From positions 17,755-81,754 of the IMG/VR virus record IMGVR_UViG_3300045391_001467: a stretch of DNA of 64,000 nucleotides. One strand, given 5' to 3'. Under the pieces are notes generated by a model. It saw nothing but the letters and a program-made list of their open reading frames with translations, was not told the DNA's origin and did not search any database. The position numbers were made by a program, and so were the translations under genes. This document shows positions 1 through 9,226 of this stretch, piece after piece; position 1 is the first letter of the stretch, and each line of letters starts with the position of its first letter. The DNA is from a virus (taxonomy: Duplodnaviria > Caudoviricetes).

Positions 1-26
1 GCAAAATCTTCTAATCTTGTAGTCAT
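1..26 (-). CDS. 5' end of a leftward gene (MTTRLEDF...) running off the window
   Basis: ATG at 26 on - strand, open to base 1, downstream of the leftward promoter at 69-97. Confidence 0.45.
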
Positions 27-68
27 CGGTATTCTCTCATAACATTTTTAATTTATTTTGACAACTAA

Positions 69-97
69 ATTATATCACAAATGTTGATATTTGTCAA
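69..97 (-). promoter_or_regulatory. sigma70-type promoter, leftward
   Basis: - strand TTGACA (97-92), 17 nt spacer, TATAAT (74-69), with extended -10 TG. Confidence 0.85.
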
Positions 98-112
98 GTT
101 TTCCACAAGGGC

Positions 113-141
113 TTGACAAAATGCACTTTTTGTGATATAAT
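113..141 (+). promoter_or_regulatory. sigma70-type promoter for terS and tRNA
   Basis: TTGACA (113-118), 17 nt spacer, TATAAT (136-141), with extended -10 TG. Confidence 0.9.
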
Positions 142-178
142 TTAAATATTAGAAAATTAAATTAAGCGAAAGAGCACT

Positions 179-526
179 ATGAGTAATGATAATAAAGGCT
201 CACAGCTATTGGTTGTCAAAGAGAATATCTGCTTTACAGAAGATGAGATTCAGTTAAGAAAACTTCTGAAGGAGCTGGATAAAGCTTCAAAAGAGGCCGT
301 AGAGATTCTTTTGGAATGTGCCAAGAGTAGAGATGATAGAGTAAGATTACAAGCTGCATCCAAGCTGATTGAGTTTAAAATTGATGTAACAGATAAGATA
401 AACGCAGACAAGATACAGCGCATGATAGCAGAATTGAAGCTAAATGGTAAAAGCTCTAACGGCAGTTTAGTTCCGACATCAGCAACGCCTGTCGTAGATT
501 TCACTAAGATTAGAACTATCGAGTAG
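179..526 (+). CDS. terS: terminase small subunit (putative)
   Basis: 115 aa helical protein, first gene of the late arm, upstream of terL; call rests mainly on position. Confidence 0.6.
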   Translation: MSNDNKGSQLLVVKENICFTEDEIQLRKLLKELDKASKEAVEILLECAKSRDDRVRLQAASKLIEFKIDVTDKINADKIQRMIAELKLNGKSSNGSLVPTSATPVVDFTKIRTIE

Positions 527-541
527 AAGAATGTAATCATA

Positions 542-617
542 GCCGATTTAGCTCAGAAGGTAGAGCAACTCTTTTGTAATGAGAAGGTCGTGGGTTCAAT
601 TCCTTCAATCGGCACCA
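542..617 (+). tRNA. tRNA-Thr(UGU)
   Basis: Acceptor GCCGATT/AATCGGC, D-arm GCTC/GAGC, anticodon TGT at 575-577, TTCAATT T-loop, encoded CCA at 615-617; 76 nt. Confidence 0.9.
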
Positions 618-692
618 ACGTTTTGTGGAGAGGGAGTCTATTTTGAGACTCCATAGTATAAGGCATGGTAGCGTGGCCTTATGCACAAATTC

Positions 693-733
693 ATAGCCCT
701 GTTTAGAGTGATCTGAGCAGGGCTATTTTGTTT
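693..733 (+). terminator. intrinsic terminator-like hairpin
   Basis: 15 bp stem ATAGCCCTGTTTAGA/TCTGAGCAGGGCTAT with two G-U pairs, GTGA loop, then TTTGTTT. Confidence 0.7.
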
Positions 734-876
734 AGTGGCTTTAAAACACCATATCCGAGTGCTCACATCCTGTTTTGGGTATGATGCTTTAAAGTTATTT
801 TAATAAAAATAACAACATTAAGGAGGTTTGATGAGAGGAAAGTTGAGTAAAGATGGCATAGGAAAAAGGTCATCAT

Positions 877-2295
877 ATGAGTGAATTAAACTTTGGCCCA
901 TCTTCTGAATGCCATAAAGTATTTTTGGATTGTAAGAGTAAATTTATAATTTTCGGTGGTGGAGCAGGTTGCGGAAAGAGTCACCAAGCGTTACTATTAG
1001 TTTTGAAGTACAAAGATGATAAAAACTTCAGGGGAGTTTTTATACGTCAAACAAGTACACAGTTGTCGCAAGCTGGAGGCTTGTTTCAAGAAGCACAAGA
1101 AATGTGGAAGTGGTTTGGGGCGAAGTTTAGAGTTCACCCTCAAATGACAGCTACATTCCCATCCGGTGCTCAAGTGCAGTTTAAAGTTTGTGGTTCAGAC
1201 AGGGATATCTCTAACTACGATGGTGGACAATACTCGCTAGTTGTATTTGATGAAGCACAACATCATTCAGAAATACAAATTAAATACCTAGAGTCACGGA
1301 TAAGATCAAAAGCCCAAGGCCCACATCAATTAATTGCAACTTGTAATCCAAAACGTGATAGTTATTTATACCAGTTTGTAAGGCCATACTTAGACATAGA
1401 AACAGGTATCCCAAAGAAAGAGGAATTTGCTAAAGAGAGGTATTATGCCACATACAACGGTTTGACAGTTATTGGCGAGACTGCAGAAGAGTTAGTAGAA
1501 AAATATGGACCGAAAGTAAAACCTCAAACGTACACTTTTATTGCTGCGTCAATTGAAGACAATCCTATTATGCGCAAGATTAATCCGGCATATTATGATC
1601 GTCTTGAAAATTTAAGAAGTTCTGAAAGAGCAAGACTACTACTAGGGTCTTGGCATGTGCAGGATACGACTGGCGGTTTTTGGAAGTCTGAGTGGGTGCC
1701 TATTGTAGACAAATACCCTACTGATATCGTCCGGGAAGTGCGTTCTTGGGACTTGGCGGCATCTGTGCCCACAGAAACTTATCGTGATCCTGATTATACT
1801 TGTGGTGTAAAGATAGGTCGTTCAAGAGAAGGTATTTATTACATTTTAGACGCTTATCGTTTCAGGAAGCTTTCTGATGGGGTTGTTAAAGAGATAATTA
1901 AAACAGCAGCAGAGGACGGTGACGATTGTTTAGTCACAATGCCTGTAGATATGGCAGCTGGCGGAAAAATTGCTGCCTCCTTCCTTAGAAAGACTTTTGC
2001 GGAGGCAGGCCTACATGTTAAGGGTATACCGACGACAGGTCACGGAAGTAAGTTGAAACGCTTTTTACCCTTTTGTACACTTTGCGAAAGTGGTGCTGTG
2101 AGAATGCTTAAGGGAGAATGGAATGAGTGGTACAAAGACGAGTTGAGTGTTTTTACGGGAGGTAGGACGGGCACTCATGATGATGCTGTTGATGCAACAT
2201 CAGACGCAGCCAATGAGGTTATGCGGCAGCTCTCCGTCCCCGCTTTCTCCATTCCCGACCTTTCAAAACCAAGCCAAATCCCTTCAGTGAGATAA
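877..2295 (+). CDS. terL: terminase large subunit
   Basis: Walker A GGAGCGKS, Walker B VVFDEA, TCNP coupling motif, RNase H-like C-terminus (WDLA ... HDDAVDA). Confidence 0.95.
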   Translation: MSELNFGPSSECHKVFLDCKSKFIIFGGGAGCGKSHQALLLVLKYKDDKNFRGVFIRQTSTQLSQAGGLFQEAQEMWKWFGAKFRVHPQMTATFPSGAQVQFKVCGSDRDISNYDGGQYSLVVFDEAQHHSEIQIKYLESRIRSKAQGPHQLIATCNPKRDSYLYQFVRPYLDIETGIPKKEEFAKERYYATYNGLTVIGETAEELVEKYGPKVKPQTYTFIAASIEDNPIMRKINPAYYDRLENLRSSERARLLLGSWHVQDTTGGFWKSEWVPIVDKYPTDIVREVRSWDLAASVPTETYRDPDYTCGVKIGRSREGIYYILDAYRFRKLSDGVVKEIIKTAAEDGDDCLVTMPVDMAAGGKIAASFLRKTFAEAGLHVKGIPTTGHGSKLKRFLPFCTLCESGAVRMLKGEWNEWYKDELSVFTGGRTGTHDDAVDATSDAANEVMRQLSVPAFSIPDLSKPSQIPSVR

Positions 2296-2320
2296 AACTA
2301 GACATTTTAATCATAAAGTA

Positions 2321-2349
2321 TTGACAAAATACAATACTTGTGATATAAT
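2321..2349 (+). promoter_or_regulatory. sigma70-type promoter for portal/head genes
   Basis: TTGACA-17-TATAAT with TGTG extended -10. Confidence 0.9.
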
Positions 2350-2376
2350 CTACTTAATTAAAAGGAGCAGACAATA

Positions 2377-3885
2377 ATGCCTTCAGAGCAAACGCCAGAA
2401 GAGGGCGTTAATGCTGCTTTGCAGCCTGATAAGGGGGCAGTAATCCCCCGTCTCAAATTATCCGAAACTGGATATCTTAATCTAAAAACACGTAACGGTA
2501 GAATACTAGAGGATGCAAATTTTGCATTCCGAATGCCGAATTTATGCAAAGTGGTGGATGAGATGAAAATCTCCCCTCCCGTTGCTATTGGCTTGAATGC
2601 TTTGCGAATGCTCATAAATAGAGCTGAAGTTTACGTTGAACCATTTGATGATACACCAAAACATAAGCAACGTGCTAAATTTCTTGAGTCTTGCCTGAAT
2701 GACATGGAGTCTTCATGGCAAACCACTATGAAGAGTTTCTTCCCTTTTTTGGAATATGGGCATCACGTTAGTGAAAAAGTATTCCGAAGGCGTCTTAAGT
2801 CTAATGGGAGCAAGTATAACGATGGCCTTGTAGGTGTCAAGGCTTTAAAACCACGCCCACAACATTCCATAGAAAAATGGAATTTTAGTGAAGATGGTAG
2901 GACTCTTGTAGGTCTTTCACAGAATATTACATCATTAGAAAACTCTTATAGGTTCAAGGCACTAACAAATGAAGATGGCCTTATAGAGATTCCTCGGGAG
3001 AAATTTCTTCTATTCCGTGCAGATGCAGTAGGGGATAATCCAGAGGGCAACAGCATATTAAAGGCAGCTTATTTAGCGTTTAAGCAGCTTTCACTGCTTA
3101 CTGACCACATGCTAATAGGGGTGGCTAAAGATACTCAAGGGCTGCCCTTAGTACAGATTCCACCACAGTATATGTCAGAAACAGCTAGTGATTATGAAAA
3201 AGATGTATATAGCGCTTGCAAAACTGTGGTGGACAATTTAGCTGCTGGGACACAGAGGGGCATCGTATTTCCATTGGCATATGATCCTGAATCTAAAGCA
3301 GAGATGTTTAAAGTATCTCTTTTAGAGTCTAAAGGAGGTAAAGCTTACGATGTTCTTGCGATTATAAAAGTCTTACAAGCAAACATCTTGAGTGTGTTGT
3401 CTTGCGATGCTGTAACTATGAGCGTTGATCAAGCCGGTTCCTTGAGTCTACAAGATGGTGACACTAACCTACTAGCTTTATCTGTTGCTTATCGTTTAGG
3501 AGAGATTGCAGATACTCTTAATACAGATTTGGTTAGGCAATTATGGGAGCTTAACGGCTTTGATACTGCAGAAATGCCTAAGATAAAGTTTAAAGATGTA
3601 TCAGGTGTTAGCCTAGAAGAGTTTTCTAAGTTTATTCAGCGTGTGTTCAGCGTTGGTGGCATGGAAGTTGACAGAGTTGTTTTGAATAAGATTCGTGAGG
3701 TTGGTGGGTTTGATCTTAAACCAGATGATGAGCCGATTGACTATGAAAATCTATCAACAACTTTAGCTGGGAAAGCAACTTCAGCAGGGGAAGGTATGGA
3801 GGTAGGGACAGTCGGGGATGGTACTTCTAAAACTGCTGTAGGGAAAAAGGATAACTCGGCTGCTAACAATGAAAATAAAGCGTAA
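2377..3885 (+). CDS. portal protein
   Basis: 502 aa, follows terL; DUF935/gp29-like portal features (GNPEGNSIL, clip region). Confidence 0.85.
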   Translation: MPSEQTPEEGVNAALQPDKGAVIPRLKLSETGYLNLKTRNGRILEDANFAFRMPNLCKVVDEMKISPPVAIGLNALRMLINRAEVYVEPFDDTPKHKQRAKFLESCLNDMESSWQTTMKSFFPFLEYGHHVSEKVFRRRLKSNGSKYNDGLVGVKALKPRPQHSIEKWNFSEDGRTLVGLSQNITSLENSYRFKALTNEDGLIEIPREKFLLFRADAVGDNPEGNSILKAAYLAFKQLSLLTDHMLIGVAKDTQGLPLVQIPPQYMSETASDYEKDVYSACKTVVDNLAAGTQRGIVFPLAYDPESKAEMFKVSLLESKGGKAYDVLAIIKVLQANILSVLSCDAVTMSVDQAGSLSLQDGDTNLLALSVAYRLGEIADTLNTDLVRQLWELNGFDTAEMPKIKFKDVSGVSLEEFSKFIQRVFSVGGMEVDRVVLNKIREVGGFDLKPDDEPIDYENLSTTLAGKATSAGEGMEVGTVGDGTSKTAVGKKDNSAANNENKA

Positions 3886-3893
3886 GGAGTGCT

Positions 3894-4733
3894 ATGGCAC
3901 ATAAATTATATCGTCTTCTTGACTCTGTGTACAACACTCCACACTTGGTTACAGAAGCAGCATTAAAACCTATTGTAGAATATTTACAAAATAGAAACTC
4001 AGATGTTCCGACATCATTTGCTATTGTATCAGATGCGAAGACAGTAGATGAGCAGAAGGCTGAAACTGTAAATAATATTGGAGAAATTCAGATTGATGGT
4101 GTTTTGACTTATAAGCCAATTCAAGGTATGTGTGGCCCTGTGGGAGTTAGCTATCAAGGCATACTAGAACAGGCTACAGAACTGATTGAGATGGGTGTTG
4201 ACACTATAGTTCTCACTCATTCAAGTCCGGGAGGTCAAGCAGCTCATTGCTTTTCTACTGCTTTAGATTTAAGAGATATGTGTGATGAAAATGATATTCG
4301 TCTAATTTCATACATCGACACTCTCTCAGCTTCAGCCTCTCTAGCTTTAGGTGTTGTTGCAGATGAAGTGATTATTCATCCTAGCGCCTCAACAGGCTCT
4401 ATTGGCTGCGTGTGCTGCATTGTTGATCAAAGTAAAGCCTTAGAAAAAGCAGGACTTAAGCCTATCTATGTAGCATCTACTCCCGGTAAAACCCCATTTC
4501 AAGAGGATGGAAGTTTTTCAAAAGAGTTCCTAGCAGAATTACAAGAAGACGTAACTAGGTTAGGGAATCAGTTTGCTGGCCATGTTTCTAGTTTTACTGG
4601 AATCCCCGTTGACGAGATTATTGCAATGGATGCCAAAATGTTTCATGCAGACAAGGCGCTTGAGCTAGGGTTAGTAAATAAGATTATGGATCATAAACAA
4701 TTCGCCAAATATTTGGCAGAGTCTACGAGGTAA
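3894..4733 (+). CDS. head maturation protease, S49 (SppA-like) family
   Basis: SSPGG, SASASLAL and TGSIG motifs of S49 peptidases. Confidence 0.9.
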   Translation: MAHKLYRLLDSVYNTPHLVTEAALKPIVEYLQNRNSDVPTSFAIVSDAKTVDEQKAETVNNIGEIQIDGVLTYKPIQGMCGPVGVSYQGILEQATELIEMGVDTIVLTHSSPGGQAAHCFSTALDLRDMCDENDIRLISYIDTLSASASLALGVVADEVIIHPSASTGSIGCVCCIVDQSKALEKAGLKPIYVASTPGKTPFQEDGSFSKEFLAELQEDVTRLGNQFAGHVSSFTGIPVDEIIAMDAKMFHADKALELGLVNKIMDHKQFAKYLAESTR

Positions 4734-4735
4734 TA

Positions 4736-5236
4736 ATGCTGAAGCATTTACAAAAATTTTTAAAAACAGAGATAACCGAGCAAAAAGAGTCTGAAGAAAT
4801 TGTAGCACAAGAAAGCAATCGAACAGAAGACCTTTCGGCTGAATATCAAAAAATTGTAGAACAGTTAGAAAGTAAGTTAGCAGATATTTCAGCTAAGTAC
4901 GAACAAGCTGTACAAGACCTAGCTAAGGCAGAGGCTGCAAAAGTTAAGTTAGAAACTGAAGCAAAACTTAAAAAAACCGCTGCTCGGCAAGAAAGAGTTT
5001 TTGCCGTTATTGGTGAGAATGAAAAAGCCACAAAATTGCTGTCTGCTACAGAAGAAATGGAAGATGCTCAGTTTGAGGCTATTGTATCAGCCTTAGCAGG
5101 GTCAGTTGAAAAAGAAGCTAATTCCAATATGTTTAAAGAAGTAGGTGTAAGTTCAGAAGCAACTCCTACTGAAATTGACCCCGTAAAAAAACTTGCAGCA
5201 AAGATGGCTGCGCAATTTAAACAAATTAAGGATTAA
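4736..5236 (+). CDS. scaffolding protein (putative)
   Basis: Acidic coiled-coil protein between protease and capsid genes. Confidence 0.65.
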   Translation: MLKHLQKFLKTEITEQKESEEIVAQESNRTEDLSAEYQKIVEQLESKLADISAKYEQAVQDLAKAEAAKVKLETEAKLKKTAARQERVFAVIGENEKATKLLSATEEMEDAQFEAIVSALAGSVEKEANSNMFKEVGVSSEATPTEIDPVKKLAAKMAAQFKQIKD

Positions 5237-5241
5237 ATAAA

Positions 5242-5940
5242 ATGACAGTTATCGCAACGTCAACCCAAGCGTACAGCAATCTTGTAAAGCGTGAGCAATG
5301 GGCTGAATATGGGTATTGCAAAAAAGTAGTTATTGTAAATCAAAGTGCTGCAACATTGGCTGTAGGCTCAGTTTTGGGTTCTTTTATTGCTTCTCCGGTA
5401 GGAACTGCTGGCGCAGTAGTTGGTACAGGCAATGGCGCAATGGGCGCTATTACCATGACATCTAATAAAGATTTGGTACTAGGCACCTATACTCTAAAAA
5501 TCGTTAAAGCAGTTGCTAATGCAGGTGATTTTGTTCTGCTAGACCCTAACGGAAAAGTAGTAGGTAACGGGCAAGTTGGGACAGCATTTAGTCAGGCGGG
5601 ATTCGCATTTACCCTTGCAGATGGAGCAACTGACTTTGTAGCAGGTGATTATATCCCTATTGTAGTAACAGGTACAGTTAAATACAAGCTGGTTGAAGCT
5701 ACCGCTACTGATGGTACTGAAGTTGCAAGAGTTGTGTTGGTTGGTGATAGCACTGGTAAGCCCCTATCTGTAACCGTTGCTGCCAACACTGATACCAACG
5801 TTTTGGTTATCTACCGTGGGCCAGTTGGTGTAGCTGATGATGCGCTCGCTTATGGAGCCTCTGTGAACACTGCCGACGAAATTGCTACTGCTGAAGCTCA
5901 ACTTGAAGCCGCTGGCATTGATGTTCTCACACAAATCTAA
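5242..5940 (+). CDS. head decoration protein (lambda gpD-like, with internal beta-rich insertion)
   Basis: Immediately upstream of MCP; gpD-like ends (VGSVLG ... YRGPVGV) flank a Gly/Ala/Thr-rich insert. Confidence 0.75.
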   Translation: MTVIATSTQAYSNLVKREQWAEYGYCKKVVIVNQSAATLAVGSVLGSFIASPVGTAGAVVGTGNGAMGAITMTSNKDLVLGTYTLKIVKAVANAGDFVLLDPNGKVVGNGQVGTAFSQAGFAFTLADGATDFVAGDYIPIVVTGTVKYKLVEATATDGTEVARVVLVGDSTGKPLSVTVAANTDTNVLVIYRGPVGVADDALAYGASVNTADEIATAEAQLEAAGIDVLTQI

Positions 5941-5960
5941 TGGTTGTCTCTGACAACATC

Positions 5961-5985
5961 TTGCCCCTTCATGGGGCAATTCTTT
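5961..5985 (+). terminator. hairpin / weak terminator before MCP
   Basis: TTGCCCC-TTCAT-GGGGCAA then TTCTTT. Confidence 0.45.
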
Positions 5986-6006
5986 GACAATTAAGGAAAA
6001 TAAATA

Positions 6007-7041
6007 ATGCTAGTTCGTAGCCCAAGTAACAATTTTGATGTCGTTGATCTGACATCAGCAGTACGTAACATCCCTATTCAATATGGTACTTTCAATCAAC
6101 TTGGAATCTTCCGTGAGGAACCTGTTGCTAGTGATACAGTACTATTCGAGGAATCCACCCAAGACGGTGCATTGATTGTTGACCGTGTGCGTGGTGAGAG
6201 AAACACAGTATCTAAAGATGGCACTCGCAAACTGCACTCATTTGTAGTTCCTCACTTTCCATTGGATGATTATATTTCTCCAAAGGATTTGCAAAATAAA
6301 TCCGCATACGATAATTTCGACGAAGCAGAAATGCTTGAAAAAGTACGGATGCGCAAGCTTACCCGTTTGCGTCAAAATCATGACTGGACGCTCAACAAGG
6401 CACGTGCCCAAGCGCTCTTTTCTGCTACCGCATATGCTCCTAACGGGACAGTAAGCCAAAACTGGAATACTGAGTTTGATGTTACTCGTACTGCAGTGGA
6501 CTTTGATCTTGGTGATGCTACTACAGAAGTTTTGGAAAAGATTGAAGCTGTAATTCAAGCAGTCCATGACGGCATGGGTGGAAACGGTGTTTTCACAGGT
6601 ATTATTATCCCATGTGATACTACATTTTTCAATTCATTGATTAAACATGCTTCTGTGCAGAATGCATACAAGTATGCACAAGCAAACAAAGTAGGTCAAG
6701 ACCCAATGCGGGGTCGCCTCACTGCTGATGGCTCTCCTATGCAGAATGGTCGAGAATTCAGTTTTGGTGGCGTTACTTTCCGTGAAGTGCGCGATAGCTA
6801 CAATGGCTCTAGTATTGTTACGTCTAATGAAGGTGTTGCAGTGCCAATGGGTTCTGATATGTTTGTAACCTATTTTGCACCAGCAGAGCGTTTTGGATTG
6901 GTGAATACTCTTGGCGAGCAAATGTATGCTTTTGAGCAAGCTGATCCAAAGGCCACTAAGATTGAGATTGAAACTGAATCCAATCATATTTCGGCTCTTC
7001 TGCGTCCGCAGGCTGTTGTTCGTTGCCATACAAGCACATAA
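6007..7041 (+). CDS. major capsid protein (lambda gpE-like, HK97 fold)
   Basis: 344 aa; PHFPLDD, YFAPA and ESNHISALLRPQAVV motifs typical of the gpE family. Confidence 0.92.
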   Translation: MLVRSPSNNFDVVDLTSAVRNIPIQYGTFNQLGIFREEPVASDTVLFEESTQDGALIVDRVRGERNTVSKDGTRKLHSFVVPHFPLDDYISPKDLQNKSAYDNFDEAEMLEKVRMRKLTRLRQNHDWTLNKARAQALFSATAYAPNGTVSQNWNTEFDVTRTAVDFDLGDATTEVLEKIEAVIQAVHDGMGGNGVFTGIIIPCDTTFFNSLIKHASVQNAYKYAQANKVGQDPMRGRLTADGSPMQNGREFSFGGVTFREVRDSYNGSSIVTSNEGVAVPMGSDMFVTYFAPAERFGLVNTLGEQMYAFEQADPKATKIEIETESNHISALLRPQAVVRCHTST

Positions 7042-7062
7042 AACAAAGTAGTCTTCTAATTG

Positions 7063-7086
7063 AAGCCCTTATTTGAGGGCTTTGTT
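7063..7086 (+). terminator. intrinsic terminator after MCP
   Basis: AAGCCCT-TATTTG-AGGGCTT then TGTT. Confidence 0.6.
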
Positions 7087-7118
7087 GAGGGGATTATAAA
7101 TTAATATGAGGATATTTT

Positions 7119-7586
7119 ATGGCAGTTGATTATTCTACTGATATTGGAAGAGTTAGGTTGAGGGTTGCAGATATCAGCGATATTCCTTACCTACCTGATG
7201 CAGTCTACACTCAGTATATTGAAGATGCTGGCGGAAACCTCCCTCAAGCTGCAAAAAACATTGCTTGTGTTATTTTAGGTTTGTTGTCTTTTAAAACACA
7301 TAAGAAGCTTTCTCAACTTGAGGTATGGGGGAGTGATGCATTTAAGCAGTATAAAGAGTTTTTGATTCTTACAACAAAAGACCCTAGCTATATGCAGCTA
7401 GCTCCTATTCCATACTCATCTTCAGGAACGGATGTGCATCCATTGATACAGTTCTCTCAAGATTGGAATAAAAACTATTGCTCAACTCAAAGCCAAAAAC
7501 TAGCTTTTGATGCCTCAATTAGCCCCAATGATGGTTCAACTGAGGGTATTTATGGGAACTCTATCGATGGATATACACTGTCATGA
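7119..7586 (+). CDS. head-tail adaptor (putative)
   Basis: Position after MCP; helical N-terminus IGRVRLRVAD. Confidence 0.6.
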   Translation: MAVDYSTDIGRVRLRVADISDIPYLPDAVYTQYIEDAGGNLPQAAKNIACVILGLLSFKTHKKLSQLEVWGSDAFKQYKEFLILTTKDPSYMQLAPIPYSSSGTDVHPLIQFSQDWNKNYCSTQSQKLAFDASISPNDGSTEGIYGNSIDGYTLS

Positions 7587-7978
7587 GTTCTTCTGAAATT
7601 TTTGATCTTGCAGTAGCAGAATTGATGGATGAGTTTGGGTTTCTAGCTACTTATATGCAAGGCACTGGTACTTATAATCCGAGCACAGGGGTAAATAACA
7701 TATCCTATAGAGAAATACAAGTCCAAGCTATTCAGATGGACTTGAATCTCAGGAGTAATGGGGTCAGTGTAGGGCAAGGGACGTTGATACAAGACGGAGA
7801 CAAGCAGTTATTTATTAGACCTCCAAATAAAACTGATACAGATTCTGATCCAATCACAATAAACCCTGAGGCAGATAAGATTAAAATTAATAACACTGTC
7901 TGGAGAATCCTTACTTCTAAGGAAATCAATACCGATGCATCCAATCAAATACTGTTTGAGTTGTATATAAGACGCTAG
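7583..7978 (+). CDS. head closure / stopper protein (putative)
   Basis: 131 aa beta-rich, IQDGDKQL motif, neck position. Confidence 0.6.
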   Translation: MSSSEIFDLAVAELMDEFGFLATYMQGTGTYNPSTGVNNISYREIQVQAIQMDLNLRSNGVSVGQGTLIQDGDKQLFIRPPNKTDTDSDPITINPEADKIKINNTVWRILTSKEINTDASNQILFELYIRR

Positions 7979-7983
7979 GTATA

Positions 7984-8012
7984 TTGACAAAATACAAGTA
8001 TTGTGGTATAAT
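7984..8012 (+). promoter_or_regulatory. sigma70-type promoter for tail genes
   Basis: TTGACA-17-TATAAT; identical to the 2321 promoter at 26 of 30 positions. Confidence 0.9.
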
Positions 8013-8032
8013 ATTTAAGTCGAGAAACTAAT

Positions 8033-8467
8033 ATGGGCAGTTTTGCGGATTCAGTAAGAGCGAATTGTCAAAAGATTATACAAGAAGTAGATAAGAAATG
8101 CTACTTCATTGTAAATCAGTTATTCACAAGTATTGTAAACCTTTCCCCCTCTCCTAGCAACCCCGGTGAAACTGCAAAAGGACTATTGGCTAACCAATGG
8201 TATCCTCAAATCGGTACAACACCTTCCACCACTTTAACTTCTGCAACATCTCCTTATGGGGTTAGTAGTTTGGCAAGAATAAAATCTTTAGAAAATCAAA
8301 AGATATTCTACGCTAAAGATGGCGCTGTTACTTTGACAAACAATGTTCCTTACATCTTGTTAGCAGAAAAACTAGGCTGGAGGGGAGAGCATTGGTCGGG
8401 AAATGTTGGGCCTTATCGGATGGTAGAAAGAAGCTTTATAAAGATAAAGGAGATGACTAGGCAATGA
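8033..8467 (+). CDS. tail completion / neck protein (HK97 gp10-like)
   Basis: LTNNVPYILLAE ... GPYRMV C-terminal pattern and position. Confidence 0.7.
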   Translation: MGSFADSVRANCQKIIQEVDKKCYFIVNQLFTSIVNLSPSPSNPGETAKGLLANQWYPQIGTTPSTTLTSATSPYGVSSLARIKSLENQKIFYAKDGAVTLTNNVPYILLAEKLGWRGEHWSGNVGPYRMVERSFIKIKEMTRQ

Positions 8468-8871
8468 CAATATCGGCTGTAAGAGCTTACTTTGAAACAG
8501 CATTGAATACTTGGGCAACATCTCAATCTCCTGCAATACCTATTTCTTTTGAAAATACCCCATTTACAAAACCTTCTAGTGGGAATTTTCTGGAATGCTT
8601 TTTACTCCCTGCTTCAACTTTAGCTAGAACGGTCGGAGCTAATAAAGAAAGAGAAGTGGGAATATTTCAAGTAAATATTTGGACTCCTAATGGCGTTGGG
8701 ACAGGTGATGTAATGTCAGTTGCAGAGGATATTGTTTCCCTATTTCCAATAGTGCCAAAAGTAGGCAGCGTTTCAATTGATAAAGCCCCTTCTATTGAAA
8801 GGGCTATTTTAGATACAAGTGGTTGGTATGTATTACCAATCATATTTCATTATCGCCATGAAAATTATTAA
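8464..8871 (+). CDS. tail terminator protein
   Basis: ISFENTPF ... GIFQVNIWTP motif; precedes tail tube gene. Confidence 0.75.
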   Translation: MTISAVRAYFETALNTWATSQSPAIPISFENTPFTKPSSGNFLECFLLPASTLARTVGANKEREVGIFQVNIWTPNGVGTGDVMSVAEDIVSLFPIVPKVGSVSIDKAPSIERAILDTSGWYVLPIIFHYRHENY

Positions 8872-8881
8872 GGAATAACAG

Positions 8882-9226
8882 ATGGCAACTCTTGCCCAAA
8901 CCAGCGTTAATCAAGCTGGCCCGTTTACACCAACTAAACTTGCGTTGGGTGCAAGCGATACATTCACATTCACATCGGGTAGCAATCAGCTACTAATTTT
9001 ATATAACACCACAGCTAGCCCGGTTGTTGTGACCTTAGATGGGTCAGGCGGAACTACTGTAACAATTCCTAACACCGGACAAACTTATGATGTCTCAGCA
9101 GGTTTGGCTATTACTGTTCCAGCTAACGCTTTTAAAGCAGTACGTTTAGATACTATATCCGCATATTGTGCTGGAACAATCGCTTTAACTGGTGGAACCG
9201 GCGTTCATGCTTGTCTGCTTGGTTAA
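8882..9226 (+). CDS. small beta-rich putative virion protein
   Basis: 114 aa, Thr/Gly/Ala-rich, SD AAGGA, inside tail operon. Confidence 0.55.
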   Translation: MATLAQTSVNQAGPFTPTKLALGASDTFTFTSGSNQLLILYNTTASPVVVTLDGSGGTTVTIPNTGQTYDVSAGLAITVPANAFKAVRLDTISAYCAGTIALTGGTGVHACLLG

